A DNA stretch of 64,000 nucleotides from Octopus sinensis (GCF_006345805.1 NC_043004.1:7874001-7938000), one strand, 5' to 3'; positions 23,938 through 36,105 are shown, counted from the first letter of the stretch. The notes: generated by a model not told the origin, from the sequence alone. A program made the numbers and translations.

Positions 23938-26900
23938 GAGCATTGTATTGTGTGAGCATGCACCCATTTACATGTGTGTGTGTGTGCTGAAAGTGAACTG
24001 GGCTTTGCTCTACTTTCTCAATCTTTAAAGTCTAGGGAGGCCATTTTACCATTGTTCCATCTTTGAGAATACTTGTGAGATATAGCTTGGATAAATTGAA
24101 ATTATTTCAAAGCCTTGGTTGACAACAGTTTCTCTTCTTTTAAAAAGAAAATTCATTCTGTTGAAGCATCTCTGTTTGTATATTGAAGCAAGAATCCCGT
24201 TATTCTATAAATTATAAGGGGTGGCGTGAACTGACAGAATGGTTGGAATGCTGGAAACAATAGAGCTTAGCAGCATTCTCTCTGGCTTTGAAACTCTGTG
24301 TTCAAATGTTACTGAGCTCAACTTTACCTTTCATCTCTACCTGCAGTCACTAAAATATGTACCAGTTGAGCATGGGGTGGTGATGTAAACAACTACCCCC
24401 CCTCCCCAGTCCACCCTAATTTCAGGCCTTGTGCCTCTAGCAGACAATTATTACTATAACTTATAATGGTAGAAGCTTCATTATCAAATATTGGTAACAA
24501 TGGTAGTCTGTTTAAATGATAATTTGAATATTTAACGAGAACAAGTTTTATAGTCACACCTGTGATAGGTAAATACAGAAAATGAAATAGCAACAGCATT
24601 AGATATTGATTGTTATATGATGAGGCCAGGCATGTTCCTCTTCAGAATATTGGCTTGAATCCAGCTTGGAGGACAACTTCCATTTTTATGTCTTTGAATT
24701 TTATTTTGAGAGAAGAACCAATTCATTGTGTCCAATATTTCACTATCTTTCTGTCATCTTTCAGCTCATTTTCCATCTTTTTACCTGTCTGTATGATATT
24801 TAAAAAAAAAATTAAATTAAAAAGGCCAAAAAAAAATGACAGAAGGCAGCTTTTGTTTTGAAAGAAAGCTGTAATTTCTATAACTGGAAGTGGAACAAAC
24901 TTGGATGTGAAGAGGAGGTGGAGGTGGGGAAATGAAAATGTGATAAAAAATGTTTTCTATGGAATCAGTTTTAATGTGAATTATACCAAGAGATATTTCG
25001 GAATATTTCAGAAGGATTGGATTATTTTCTTGGAACCTTAAAAAAAGATCTTCATTTGGAGGTCTTTGATTTGCCATTCTTTGTCAGAATTTATCACAAC
25101 TGAATTATAAAACAAGGATAATGAAAAATCATTTTGATTTTATGTTGAAAAGCGACAAACTTTTGGAGACTGTAAAACCATTTAACCATTCTCGTTTGTG
25201 AATTATATTTTGTCAGTTGATGACGTTTGTTATTCCTGTCTAATATCAAATCATGTCTGCATTTTTTTGCCATTTTCTGTGTGAAAAGAATCTGTCTATA
25301 ATTGTTTGTTGATGTAGGTTGGATAGGTCTGCAATGATTAGGATACACTTTAGCAGCTGGGTATCAGGATTTGTGTCATTAACTATATTATGATGTGAGT
25401 TTATTTATTTTATTTCTAAAATTTTCATTAATTTCGTGATGAATAACACTTTCTACTCAAGCACACAATGCCAGAACTGTGAGAGGGTTTTAGAGAGAAA
25501 GAGTCTCTACCCCCTTAATTGCTAATGAAAGGACACCCCTAAAATATCTGCTCCATAACATAGCGACCAATTCCACTTCAATCAGCATGGAACTATTAAC
25601 CATTCTTTCTTGTTTTGTTAAGTTTTTATTAATTATGGTTTTTACTTTTCAATCGGAAGAAGACACAGAAAAAAAAAATGTAGGTTTTGAGGTATTCAAT
25701 GTGAAATATTGTCTCGTAGTGGTTTTGTTTAACATGTTTAGTTGTACATTTTGTTTGCCTGACTTGAGGGACCACCTTGGTAGAACAACACTTTATTTTG
25801 CGACCACAGATTAATAAAATTAAACAAAATCCTCAAAAATTCTGAATATCTCTTGAATAAGCAAAAAATAAACAAGTACTTTGGTGTTCACTGCTGCACT
25901 TTTGGGACGGATTTATGATGGCTCAGAATTTATGATTTTTATGAAAAAGGAGTGGAGGAAGTCAGCCACACATCATTTTGGGGGATTGAAGGTTTTCATT
26001 TGATTTCATTAATTTCTTTCTTTTATAAATACAAAAAAATTTTTTTTTTGAAATTAGTAAAGCTGAAATGACTTGAACAAATTTAAAAGAAAAATGTTTT
26101 TTTCTAAAAATTATGGAAATATTTATTTCTTTTTTATTTGTGTGAATGGAATAAAGAAAAATAAATATTTTTCTTCAAAATGACCTCCTCATTCATCTTG
26201 GGATGTCTGAGGTTTATGTAATATTTTGTTTTGATGAATCTGCTATTTGTTCTAATTTAACCACTTCAATAATCTGTAATAAAATACCAAAAAAAAAAAA
26301 ATGGGCAATATGTTAAAATGACATAAAGACAAACAAAATTCTGTTTTCATTTTTTAAATTTTATTTTCAATTTGGAAATATTGAGCATCTTCTTGGCACA
26401 TATAATTTTGGTTGAGTGAATAACCGTTCATTTCAGTTGGATGTTTCCTTCCATTGAACAAAAGTCAAGCACGTACACACACACACACACACAACAGGAA
26501 TTTCTGCCTACCAAATTCAATCAAGGCTTCAGTCAGCCTAAGGCTATACCAGAAGACACTTGTCCAAGGTCTACTCAGCCACACTGTGGCACTTTGAGCA
26601 ATTGGTGTATGGTATTTAATTGTTGCTGCTCAGTCCAGCCTTCTTCTCCATAGCTCTGTCATATTTTCTGCCTTTAGCACGAAGCTTCACATTTTAGGAA
26701 TGGTCAAATTCATTCCAGAGTTTTTCACTAATAATTCTGGTCACTAGAATATTCACCATAGAGAGACGAAAAGCAAAAATCAACTTTGTGTTTGAATTCT
26801 AAATGTAAAGACAGGACATGTCTAAAATATTTCCAGGCAGTCTTTAATGCACCATTCTCTCATTTCGCTGCCCTTAAAGGCTAGACTAATAAACCAAATG

Positions 26901-29217
26901 AAATGCCGGCATTGTTTTGAAGTGCTCTCACTGATGGATGCACCATAAATTTCAGTTTTGACTTCTCATAACTTCATTAATTACGGCAGTTTGAGCTTTC
27001 TTGTTTCAAAATTTATTATTTAGTAGCTTTTGAACAGAAGTATTTTCATGTAGTAAAGAGTGTTTACCAACATAACAATTCTGTCAAATAATAATAATAA
27101 TTATGGAGTCCTGGTTTAGGATGAATGTTACTCTAATTTAGCCCCAGGAGACATCGTCTCCAGCTGGCTATACGACACAATCTGTGTCCTTATATTTTCG
27201 AACAAGGGAATCTAGCACCCCAACTCAGCTAAAAACAATATCTGTGTATCATGATTTCTCTTCATCAGCACAGAATAATTGTTCGGCTAGAGGTGGTGCT
27301 GCCAAATTCCTGTTTGGAATATATAGTTTTCAAAGGGACAACTAGTCACTGATCTATAAATTGCTACAAAGTACTGTTGCTGAATATCTCTTGTTGTGAT
27401 ATTAAAAAAAAAAAAAAAAAAAGAATTATTCCTGTTAAAATATTCCTTAGAAAGTTAAAGCTTTCTTTGCAAAATATTACCGTTGTTAGTGTTGTTACTG
27501 TTTGTCTTTGGATGGTGGGGTGGGGTGGTCAGGGGGCCTTTTTTCATGTCAGATACTCTGCCCGATATGCCCACCTTTATATTTACCTCTTACAACATAA
27601 CTGGGTGTATCTTTTTAAAAATAAAATTATAAAACCACACAACAAAAAGCAACTTGTTCCTTGCCCATCTTTTGCATCACACCGACACCCTGTGATGCTG
27701 AGAACAATTTTGATAACACAGAAATCAAATCTTGGTTAGTACAATGTATAGCCAACAGAACTATAGTCCATGGCATCAATGGAATGGAAAATCAAGTTGA
27801 CATCAGTTAAAACACAATTTTAAGACTTGTTATGTTATAGCTTTTAACGAAGAAGAGTAGCATCATTGATCCCTTTTCAGGGCTTTGAAGAATCCTGGGG
27901 TGAAAGTCACGATGTATAGTTTGACCTCAGACTAATTCAACAGTGTGCACTCAACTCTGGCAATAATATTTGAAGGTCAGGGGTCAAGGATTGGGGTTAA
28001 ATCTGAGAGAAGAGTTTAGTGTTCCATCCAATCACAAATACAGTCCGTTCGAAGGATTTCCGCTCCATCTCTGGGAATTTCATTTGAAATCAAGTTGATC
28101 TTAAAGCACTACATTGAACTCCATCGAGACTTGGTAAGGAAGTCGGGCTACTCAACAGAATCCTTCCAAAACTTATTTCATCAACTCTGAGCTGTTATGG
28201 TACAGTGCAAAACTTCTTAACACTCGCCATTTTGTTTCAGTGCAGTCCAGGCTTCAAACTAAAAGTCAAAAGAAATAGATAAAGAAAGCAACAAATAAAT
28301 AAAAACAGTCAACTGTTTCTAGTCGTGTTTTTAGTATTGGTGATGGGGAGGGTGGCGTTGGATTTGAAATGCAGACCAATGTAAATGAATTCGCTGCCAG
28401 GCGAGATACTGGTGGGTTATGTCCCTTCATAGGAAACACATACTTTCAGAGTTGTTACCCTTACACTCACCATTTAGTCTATTATTACCCATAACCTATT
28501 TCTTTACTACCCCTTGTTATTATTTTTGGCCTCGTCTACTATTCCTACACATATACACAAGCATACACATCTAGTACTGCAGATGTTTAAATTATAAATG
28601 TCACAATTTCTTGGGGGTTTATAAGTCATTTCTGATATAGCTCTTGTATCAGAAGAATTTGGGAAAGCATGAGACAGACAGAAAACGTTTGGAGAGTAAA
28701 GCGAAGACACCTGTATCACAGTCTATAAGAATTGGTCAGTAATTAATCTGACCAAATCTTGTGAAATGTTATTGGCCACGTGGCGAAATATTTTGATACC
28801 TGATAACATAAACTATTAGAAATATATATAAAAGTGAATACAGCAATGATAACGAGATTTTAACAGCTACAAATATTCTGCAGCAGAAAAAAAGTTACAT
28901 ATGTTTAAACAGATTTTTATCTGATTACAAATCTTTAATTCATATCTGAGTTAAGACAGCACGCGGCACAATTTTGAATCAACAAAATTCATTTTACGTG
29001 TACTTTAAATTTCCGAAAGTAGAGACAACATCAACTGTACTATATCGATTACTCTAAACATTCACTTGTTTATATTTCTATTTACTTAAAAATAACTGAA
29101 AATTAATTCGCGCTTATCACCTTGATACTTGTATAATAACGAAGACTTATGAATAAAGAATAGAAATTAATGAAATAAATAAGGAGAAAAAAGATTTTGA
29201 AATTTAAAAAAAAATTA

Positions 29218-29223
29218 TTTATT
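29218..29223 (-). terminator. Putative polyadenylation signal AATAAA of cyclin T-like copy A
   Basis: First canonical hexamer after the stop (~500 nt), followed on the minus strand by a U-rich tract. Equivalent sites at 44707-44712 and 53310-53315. Confidence 0.55.
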
Positions 29224-29716
29224 CTATAATACAAAAGTTTATGACAAATTAAAAGTAATGAAATGTTAGTTGTAAATCTGAATGGTTAAAAATAAAAGTA
29301 AAAAACTCACGATTTATATGGAAATAATTAGCAAATTAAGAGTCGTATAAAAATTGATGAAATATAATAAAAATGAATGAGACGTCGATTGAGATGATAT
29401 AGTGTTTGTATGTAGAGGAATGTGAGTGTAGAACATTGAGAATTAAAGAGAAATGTTTCCATGTTCAACTGTGTAAAGTTAATATGAATAAAATACATGT
29501 GAACTGTCGCAATAAAGAACGGTGAGAAATTGATGTCTATTTACATTTTATATACATTAAAACACACCTGAATGTAGCAGCAGGTTGTGTTACATATGCA
29601 CAGCCATAGAGAAAAAGTTCAATTCTTACTTTACTATGTAGGAAACAGTATGGACTTCGCTCACTATTATCATTTGTTAGGTTTTCTGTGTAATTTCTAT
29701 AGAGTGTAGAAATATG

Positions 29717-30634
29717 TTAGTCAGTTTTCAGCGCGTTGTCCGTGTTACTTGGCGACACGGATTTGTTTAAAAAGGGAAACTGTTTCTTGAAATCTGTGTC
29801 TGTGTTGTGAAGTACCTCAAGGAAATCAACCACTAATTCATCCAATAATTGTTCATTGAGAGAAGTGTCCATATAAAAATGCCATGGATTTTGTTGGGAA
29901 GACAACGGAATCTTCCAGTTACCCCATTCAATAAACAAATGTATACAGATAGATGCGATAGTTTTTGCCGTATATTTGAGAGAGAACTTCGTTAAAATCA
30001 GACAGCATGTAGCAAACTGGTTAATTATTTTCACTAATTTACCTTCGAGTTTGATTATGTTACATACTTTGATAATATGAGATTGGGGTAGTGTAATGCG
30101 AAAATCGAAGTTTAAACAAACTAAAAGGGCTTCTTCATAAAGGAAAAAGTCTTTGGCTATCCGATTAATGGTAGTTTTGTTTTTTTCTAAATGTAGATAT
30201 TGTTGGAAATATGTTTGACTTTCGACAATCACTTGCTCAACAGCAAGCAATTTATCATCGAATTTAGCAGCGAAAAACAAACACACGGGTCCCATGAGTT
30301 TATAACTAAACTGGTGGAAGGAGTTATACATATAGAATCGGTGCATATAAACTACGGCAATGTTTAGTATATATTCGCTTAACATCAATCGTTGGTTAAT
30401 GTATAACATAAACATACCTGTTTTCTGACGATAAAGTAATTCGTTTTCATAGGTAAAGTTATCAGGTTGATATTTTCGCTTGAAAATCTCAACAATTTGT
30501 TCTTCGCTGAAAATCCAGTCTGTTTTTCGTGGCGCATTTCCATTGGAGCTTTCAGGTAAATCATTCATCGGAGTTTCATTAGTTTGTTGATTATCAGCAA
30601 TTTCCACCTGTAAGGAATTCTCAGTATTCGCCAT
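29717..30634 (-). CDS. CCNT: Cyclin T-like protein, copy A: intronless, 305 aa, cyclin boxes only
   Basis: ATG at 30632-30634 (MANTENS...) and TAA at 29717. Colinear with the cyclin T N-terminal domain: WIFSEEQI, ELLYRQ, AVVYMHRFY, CLFFAAKFDD, YEEALLVCLNFDF, FSLKYT, WGNWKIP, LLDELVVDFLEVL. The track start at 30796 is a TTG and is not used. Confidence 0.93.
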   Translation of the reverse strand: MANTENSLQVEIADNQQTNETPMNDLPESSNGNAPRKTDWIFSEEQIVEIFKRKYQPDNFTYENELLYRQKTGMFMLYINQRLMLSEYILNIAVVYMHRFYMYNSFHQFSYKLMGPVCLFFAAKFDDKLLAVEQVIVESQTYFQQYLHLEKNKTTINRIAKDFFLYEEALLVCLNFDFRITLPQSHIIKVCNIIKLEGKLVKIINQFATCCLILTKFSLKYTAKTIASICIHLFIEWGNWKIPLSSQQNPWHFYMDTSLNEQLLDELVVDFLEVLHNTDTDFKKQFPFLNKSVSPSNTDNALKTD

Positions 30635-30802
30635 TTGATCTATGTAAAAATAAATCTCGTTCTTTATGTCTTTTTGAGTTAATCGATAAAGTTTCGGCTG
30701 TTTGGCGTCTGAAATCAGTATTTTCTTGGAGAGTTCGGTTGGAAAAATTGCTTTCGTGGTCAGTGGGTATTGGCGAAGCGGAAGCAGCGGGAGCAAAAAC
30801 TT

Positions 30803-30837
30803 GACTGTCCCCTGTCACGGACCCTCTTTCTTATATA
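30803..30837 (-). promoter_or_regulatory. Core promoter of cyclin T-like copy A: TATA box (TATATAAG, 30830-30837) and Inr-like ACAGTC with A at 30806
   Basis: Minus strand reads gTATATATAAGaaagagggtccgtgacaggggACAGTC. The candidate +1 A lies 31 nt from the TATA T. Same TATA at 46295-46302 and 54999-55006. Confidence 0.62.
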
Positions 30838-31835
30838 TACCCCAACAGGTGTCGCCTGCCGAAAGGGGTGAGCGGAAGTGGATCCCGGGAATCTAGCCTA
30901 ATTAAAGGTGCGTCATAAACGCCGATGGAGTGTAAACTCACCTTTAAGTAAAATAGCCTTTTAATTGAATTCATAGAAGATAGAAATTTATAAATTGAAG
31001 TTCACCACATCTGTATTAGCAAAAGTAGAACAGATTTATAAAATATTTAAAAATTATACTTTCATTAATTTTGTTATATTTGTATTTTAACATGTATATT
31101 AAACCTTTTTCTGAATATCGACAATTAACTGCTAAAATTTTTTATTTTATCTGCTTCGTATTTTGCTTCATACAAACAAAAATACATATCGTTGAAATCT
31201 GTTTGCTTTTCCAACATAAATAAACAACAATAAAAAAGATGTTTATGTAAACGACTTAACCACGACGTTGCACACAAACACACAGAGAAATACCCACAGC
31301 TACGCATGTGATGAATCGCTTTTAATGAAAACCACTTTTATTGTGAAAAAGAACCAGGAGAACTTATAAAAATGCATCTTTTCTGTGTGGTTCACAGTTA
31401 CTGATATTTTAAAATTGTCTGAAAATTTTCAAACTTGGTATATTAATGAAATTTCTCACACTGAATTTGGTGTTGTTATTCAATTGTTGCAGAAAAATTT
31501 GAGAAGCATGTTATAGAGGCTTAAAGGTTGATTATTTTCATCGAATAATGAAGTAGGATTTGAAAAGCCGATAGCAACACGACAACGTTAGACAAAACAT
31601 TACGACGACGTCGACAGAAGTTTTAATAAGTTTTACTTTTGAATATAATCTCTACAGATTTATGTGAGACCGTCTCCCTCCGTGTCATTAATAAATTTTA
31701 ATGAATGAAATCATGCGAAATGTTGTAAGAGGCATGTAAAGAATATAAAAAGGCCAAATGGTGAGTGAGGTGGCGACAGGACAACAACACAAGTGTAAAG
31801 TAGATCTGCTTGGAAAGCAGACACTACCTCGACTT

Positions 31836-31880
31836 GTTACCATGGAAACTGGCACCGATGTGTTTGTGGTTTTCGATTGG
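31836..31880. promoter_or_regulatory. RFX X-box (GTTACCATGGAAAC, 31836-31849) with adjacent CCAAT/Y box (ATTGG, 31876-31880)
   Basis: Exact fit to the GTHNYY-AT-RRNAAC X-box consensus. Retained at 47379-47392 and 56080-56093. Confidence 0.55.
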
Positions 31881-32789
31881 CTAAAATTACTCAAAATTTA
31901 CAAATTTTAAATGCTATTAACATTATATTTATTTTTTTTATGGCGAAAAGGAATTTCGTTTCTATAATTGGCATAGAAAACGTACATCAATACTCAGAAA
32001 TTGCAATGAATTGGACGAAAATTAAACGAAATGAAATTTGTGAGTGAAAAGATCCATAAAAAGTATGTTGCAAATGGAAACTGTATTATCGAACGTGTCG
32101 TTGCGAAGCGTCAGGATACTCTGATGTAGTTGTTGAATGGCCAAAGGCTTTCCAGGTACGACGACCTAGCAGAATGCAGCCGGGAGTGGACTATACAATG
32201 TCTGGTTTTATTTGTAAGACGGGAGGCTTTGAGCTGCTGAGGGACGATTGGCTATTGCCTATTTAGATGACAATGGAAATTTAGAGGAAATATTGTGTGA
32301 TGTCTGGTGTCTGACTGGTCTTGTTTGGTTTTCTATTTCTTATGTGTAGAAAATAGCACATAAGGCCCAATCGAGGGCGATTGTCTTCTGATGTCCACGA
32401 AGGGCTATTATTGCATTCTGTTGCTCTAATTAATATTAATGATAATTTCTAGTAAAACAGTCTACTATTTATGCTTCTCAGCATTACAAGGATGAACGGC
32501 AAATATGGGCCTTGACGTTTTTGAACGCAGAACATAACTATATGGCAGCGTCCATTTCGCTTGATACTCTTTCGATTGTTCATTGGAGTAGAAAGCCCTG
32601 TAGTGCTCTTACGAAAGTTTGTCTCTTATGGACAGGAAGGATTGTCATGAGGGTTCTAAGCACTTGGAAGATTGGTGAAAACTTGTGTATCCCTAAGGTT
32701 AGAGGTAGTAACCCGCTAACCACATAATTCCTGTCAGGAATATGACCGAACGTGAGCCAAAACCAAAATGATAATTACAATAATAATCT

Positions 32790-33150
32790 TTTCCTCAATA
32801 GGTACTAGGCCAGAAATTATTGGAGAGGGGGGGCATTCGATTACATCGACCCCAGTGTGTAACTAGTACTTCATCGACTCCGAAAGGATGAACGGCAAAG
32901 TCGACCTCAGGGGAATTTGAACTGAGAACGTAGCGGCAGACGAAATACCTATTTCTTTACTACCCACAAAGGACTAAACACCGAGGGGACAAACAAAGAC
33001 AGACAAACGGATTAAGTCGATTACATCGACCCCAGTGCGTAACTGGTCCTTAATTTATCGACGCCGCAAGGATGAAAGGCAAAGTCGACCTCGGCGGAAT
33101 TTGAACTTCCAACGTAACGGCAGACGAAATACCGCTATGCACTTAGTCCG
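32790..33150 (-). mobile_element. SINE family 2 dimer (equivalent copies at ~48330-48690 and ~57040-57400)
   Basis: Reverse-complement match to the family 2 body, including gaatttgaact(g/c)agaacgt. Confidence 0.82.
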
Positions 33151-33166
33151 GCATATTAAAGATTCT

Positions 33167-33215
<49 letters not shown>

Positions 33216-34206
33216 GGAAAAACTTGGTCAATCGCATTGTACTTACGTAAGGCGACGTGCTGGAAGCATCGTTAGCATGTCGGACAAAATGTTGAATGGC
33301 CTTATATTCCGGCACATTATCTTCTGAGCTGAATGTCCCGTCGGGTCAGCTTTGGTTTTTACCATTTTGTGATGAATAAAATACCAGAGAATTGCTTTCC
33401 AATGGTGTAGTCGCTTTGTCCCCTGTCTCCTCAAAATCGCTGCTGGCCCTCAACCCTGTCACGAACCGGTGACTCGTTAAGGGCAAATGTTGTGATCTTA
33501 TTTGCCAAGCTAAACGACTTGATGGCTTCTAGGTCTGAATCAGAAAATATAAATTACATTCAGCACATTTTTATATCACCATGTGTTTTCAAACTCACCA
33601 ACTCTCGTTACTTTTAGTATTAATAATAATATGTAACTTTTAGTAATGTTTCCATTGTAAACACGCGTCACGTTGTGAAGAAATTCGGGGGAAAAGGATT
33701 ATTTTTCTGTAATGCTGAAGCATGAACTTTAAAATGAAATTCAGTTATAATTGAAATTATCCAGGAAAATTACACATCTTAAAGTCATCCTGCATCAGTG
33801 ACATACAGGCACACACACACACACGAACACACACACACAAACACACACACCACACACACACAGATACAGAAGCAGAGGTACTTGATGCGATTCTGTGAGC
33901 TTACACACGTCTGTGAGCGGGCAGCGATTCAAGGGAAATAACTCATGCAGAGGGTAATTATCGTTCATTCGTTACCTGCCCTTTGCTGTTTATTTGGTCG
34001 TATTTTACCTTATTTTAAGAAAAAAAGTAATTAAAATAAAGGTTTCAAAATATATCTAAAGATATGTAGACTTTCTTTTAAAATGTGTGTTTTGGAATAA
34101 AGAAATCGCGTCATGTAATTCCACACCATTTTACGCCATTCTATAAAATGCTTATTTGTGTCCCATGCAATGTTGTCTAGAGTGATCTGTTTTGGATGCT
34201 CAAAGG

Positions 34207-34366
34207 CATCTATGTGTGTATGTATGTGTGTGTATGTATGCGTGTATATGTATGTATGTATGTGTGTGTTGGTGTATGTATGTGTGTATGTATGTGTGTG
34301 CGTGCGTGTGTATGTATGTATGGGTGTATGCGCGTGTGCTTGTATGTATGTATGTATGTATGTATG

Positions 34367-34397
<31 letters not shown>

Positions 34398-35107
34398 GTG
34401 TGTATGTGTGCGTGTGTTTGTATGTATGTGTGTGCGTGCGTATGTATGTATGTGAGTGTGTGCGTGTGCTTGTATGTATTTATGTATGTGTGTGTGTGCG
34501 TTTGTTTGTATCTATGTATGTATGTATGTGTGTGTATGTATGTATGTATGTATGTATGTATGTATGTGAGTGTGTGTGTATGTATGTATGTGTGTGTGTT
34601 TATGTATGTATGTATATGTGTGTGTGCGTGTGTATGTATGTATATATATATGTGTGTGCGCGTGTTTGTATGTATGTATGTATGTGGGAGCGTGTGTTTG
34701 TATGTATGTATGTGTGTGTATGTATGTGAGTGTGTATGTATGTGTGTGTATATGTATGTATGTATGTGTGCGTGTGTATGTATGTATGTACGTGTGTGTG
34801 TGTGTGTGTGCGTGTGTTTGTATGTATGTACGTTTGTATGTATGTGTGCATGTGTGCGTGTGTTTGTATGTATGTATGTATGTATGTGTGTGTATGTATT
34901 TGTGTGTATGTATGTATATGTGTGTGTATGTGTGGTGTATGTGCATGTCAGTCTGTCTGTATGTATGTATGTGTGTGTGTATGTGTGTATTTGTGTATGT
35001 ATGTATTGTATGTATGTGTGCGTATGCGTGGTGTATGTATGTATGTGTGTGTGTGTGTGTATGTATGTATGTGTGTATGTATGTATGCATGTATGTGTGT
35101 ATGTATG

Positions 35108-35150
<43 letters not shown>

Positions 35151-35172
35151 GTATGTGTGTATGTATGTATGT
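34207..35172. repeat. Compound TG/TATG microsatellite, unit A
   Basis: About 1 kb of mixed tgtg, tatg and cgtg units. Confidence 0.96.
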
Positions 35173-35260
35173 CTCGTGTGGTCGGCGACTAAACTGGCAA
35201 TCCCATCGTTCTTGCTTGGTGGGGAGGGTGATTGTTGGACACACTGCAGAACAGGTCAAA

Positions 35261-35290
35261 TCATCATCATCATCATCATCATTATCATCA

Positions 35291-35348
<58 letters not shown>
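35261..35348. repeat. (CAT)n-(ATT)n trinucleotide microsatellite
   Basis: Direct reading. Confidence 0.93.
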
Positions 35349-35349
<1 letters not shown>

Positions 35350-35721
35350 GGTTTATATCTTTTATGCTGTTTGGTGTTTCTCTTCTCGGGTCAACCGTGA
35401 TTGAATACCTATATTCGAAGGCAATCTATCCGTGAACTTACCTTATATTTGCCCTTGTGGAGGTCCAACATGTCCGTTTCTATTATTAGAATCCGTGTTT
35501 TGAGAGGATTTTGGATCCTAGTTTACGGGATCCAGCGACGTAAAATCCCTCTCGTTGACATCGTCTCTCGTTCCGTTTATTAACCAATATACTGAAAAAA
35601 GTTCCCAGCTTTTCATAATTTCTGTAGTTTCGACAAGCGGCTTCTTATGTGTTCCAATAAACTGATGACAGAAACACCCTAAATATTACAATACAGGTTT
35701 GAAAATATCCTTTTCCACTCT

Positions 35722-36105
35722 AGGCACAAGGCCCGATATTTTTAGGGAGGCGGGGGCAGTCGATTAGATCGACTCCTGTACGCAACTGGTACTTAATTTA
35801 TTGACTCCGAAAGGATGAAAGGCAAAGTCGACTTCGTAATTTGAACTCAGAACGTAAAGACAAATGAAATACTTATTTCTTTACTACCCACAAGGGGCTA
35901 AACAAAGAGAGGACAAACAAGGACAGACAAACGGATTAAGTCGATTATATCGACCCCAGTGCATAACTGGTACTTCATTTATCGACCCCGAAAGGATGAA
36001 CGGCAAATTCGACCTCGGCGGAATTTGAACTCAGAACGTAACCGCAGACGAAATACCACTAAGCATTTCTCCCGGTGTGCTAACGGTTCTGTCGGCTCGC
36101 CGCCT
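35722..36105 (-). mobile_element. SINE family 2 dimer in the A-specific tail
   Basis: Ends ...gtcggctcgccgcctt, the reverse of the SINE 5-prime end. Confidence 0.82.

Noticed and set aside
21791-26653. Short ORFs repeated in units A, B and D (MHECRVF..., MANQRPP..., MYPNHCR..., MFPSIEQ...)
   Set aside because: They recur only because of the recent duplication. They have no recognisable domain, and indels change their lengths between copies.
27700-28240. Less AT-rich segment with a minus-strand CAAAATGGCG and protein-like fragments (IHRDFHP, SNEIPRDGAEIL)
   Set aside because: All frames I translated have several stops and I recognise no family. The ATG frame ends after 11 codons. A tBLASTx search would be needed to exclude an old pseudogene.
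30635-30796. N-terminal extension MLPLLPLRQY... of the cyclin ORF in the track (also 46124-46261)
   Set aside because: It starts at TTG, has no cyclin similarity, overlaps the predicted 5-prime UTR, is shortened by 24 bp in B and closed by TAA in C.
30860-30962. Possible plus-strand small RNA after the TATA, with a ttaaaggtg/cacctttaa 9-bp stem and TTTT end
   Set aside because: The stem is broken without compensation in copy C, no RNA family is recognised, and TATA/Inr spacing favours minus-strand transcription.
34158-35404. Long ORFs rich in M/Y/V/C or H/T/Y/I (also at 49641-51522 and 58350-59150)
   Set aside because: They are translations of TG/TATG microsatellites, which lack stop codons in several frames. 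No protein signal.
35502-35553. Small imperfect hairpin gagaggattttggatcc...ggatcca...aaaatccctctc
   Set aside because: It is short, has a 7-nt asymmetric bulge, depends partly on the GGATCC palindrome and is single-copy. Not convincing as a pre-miRNA.
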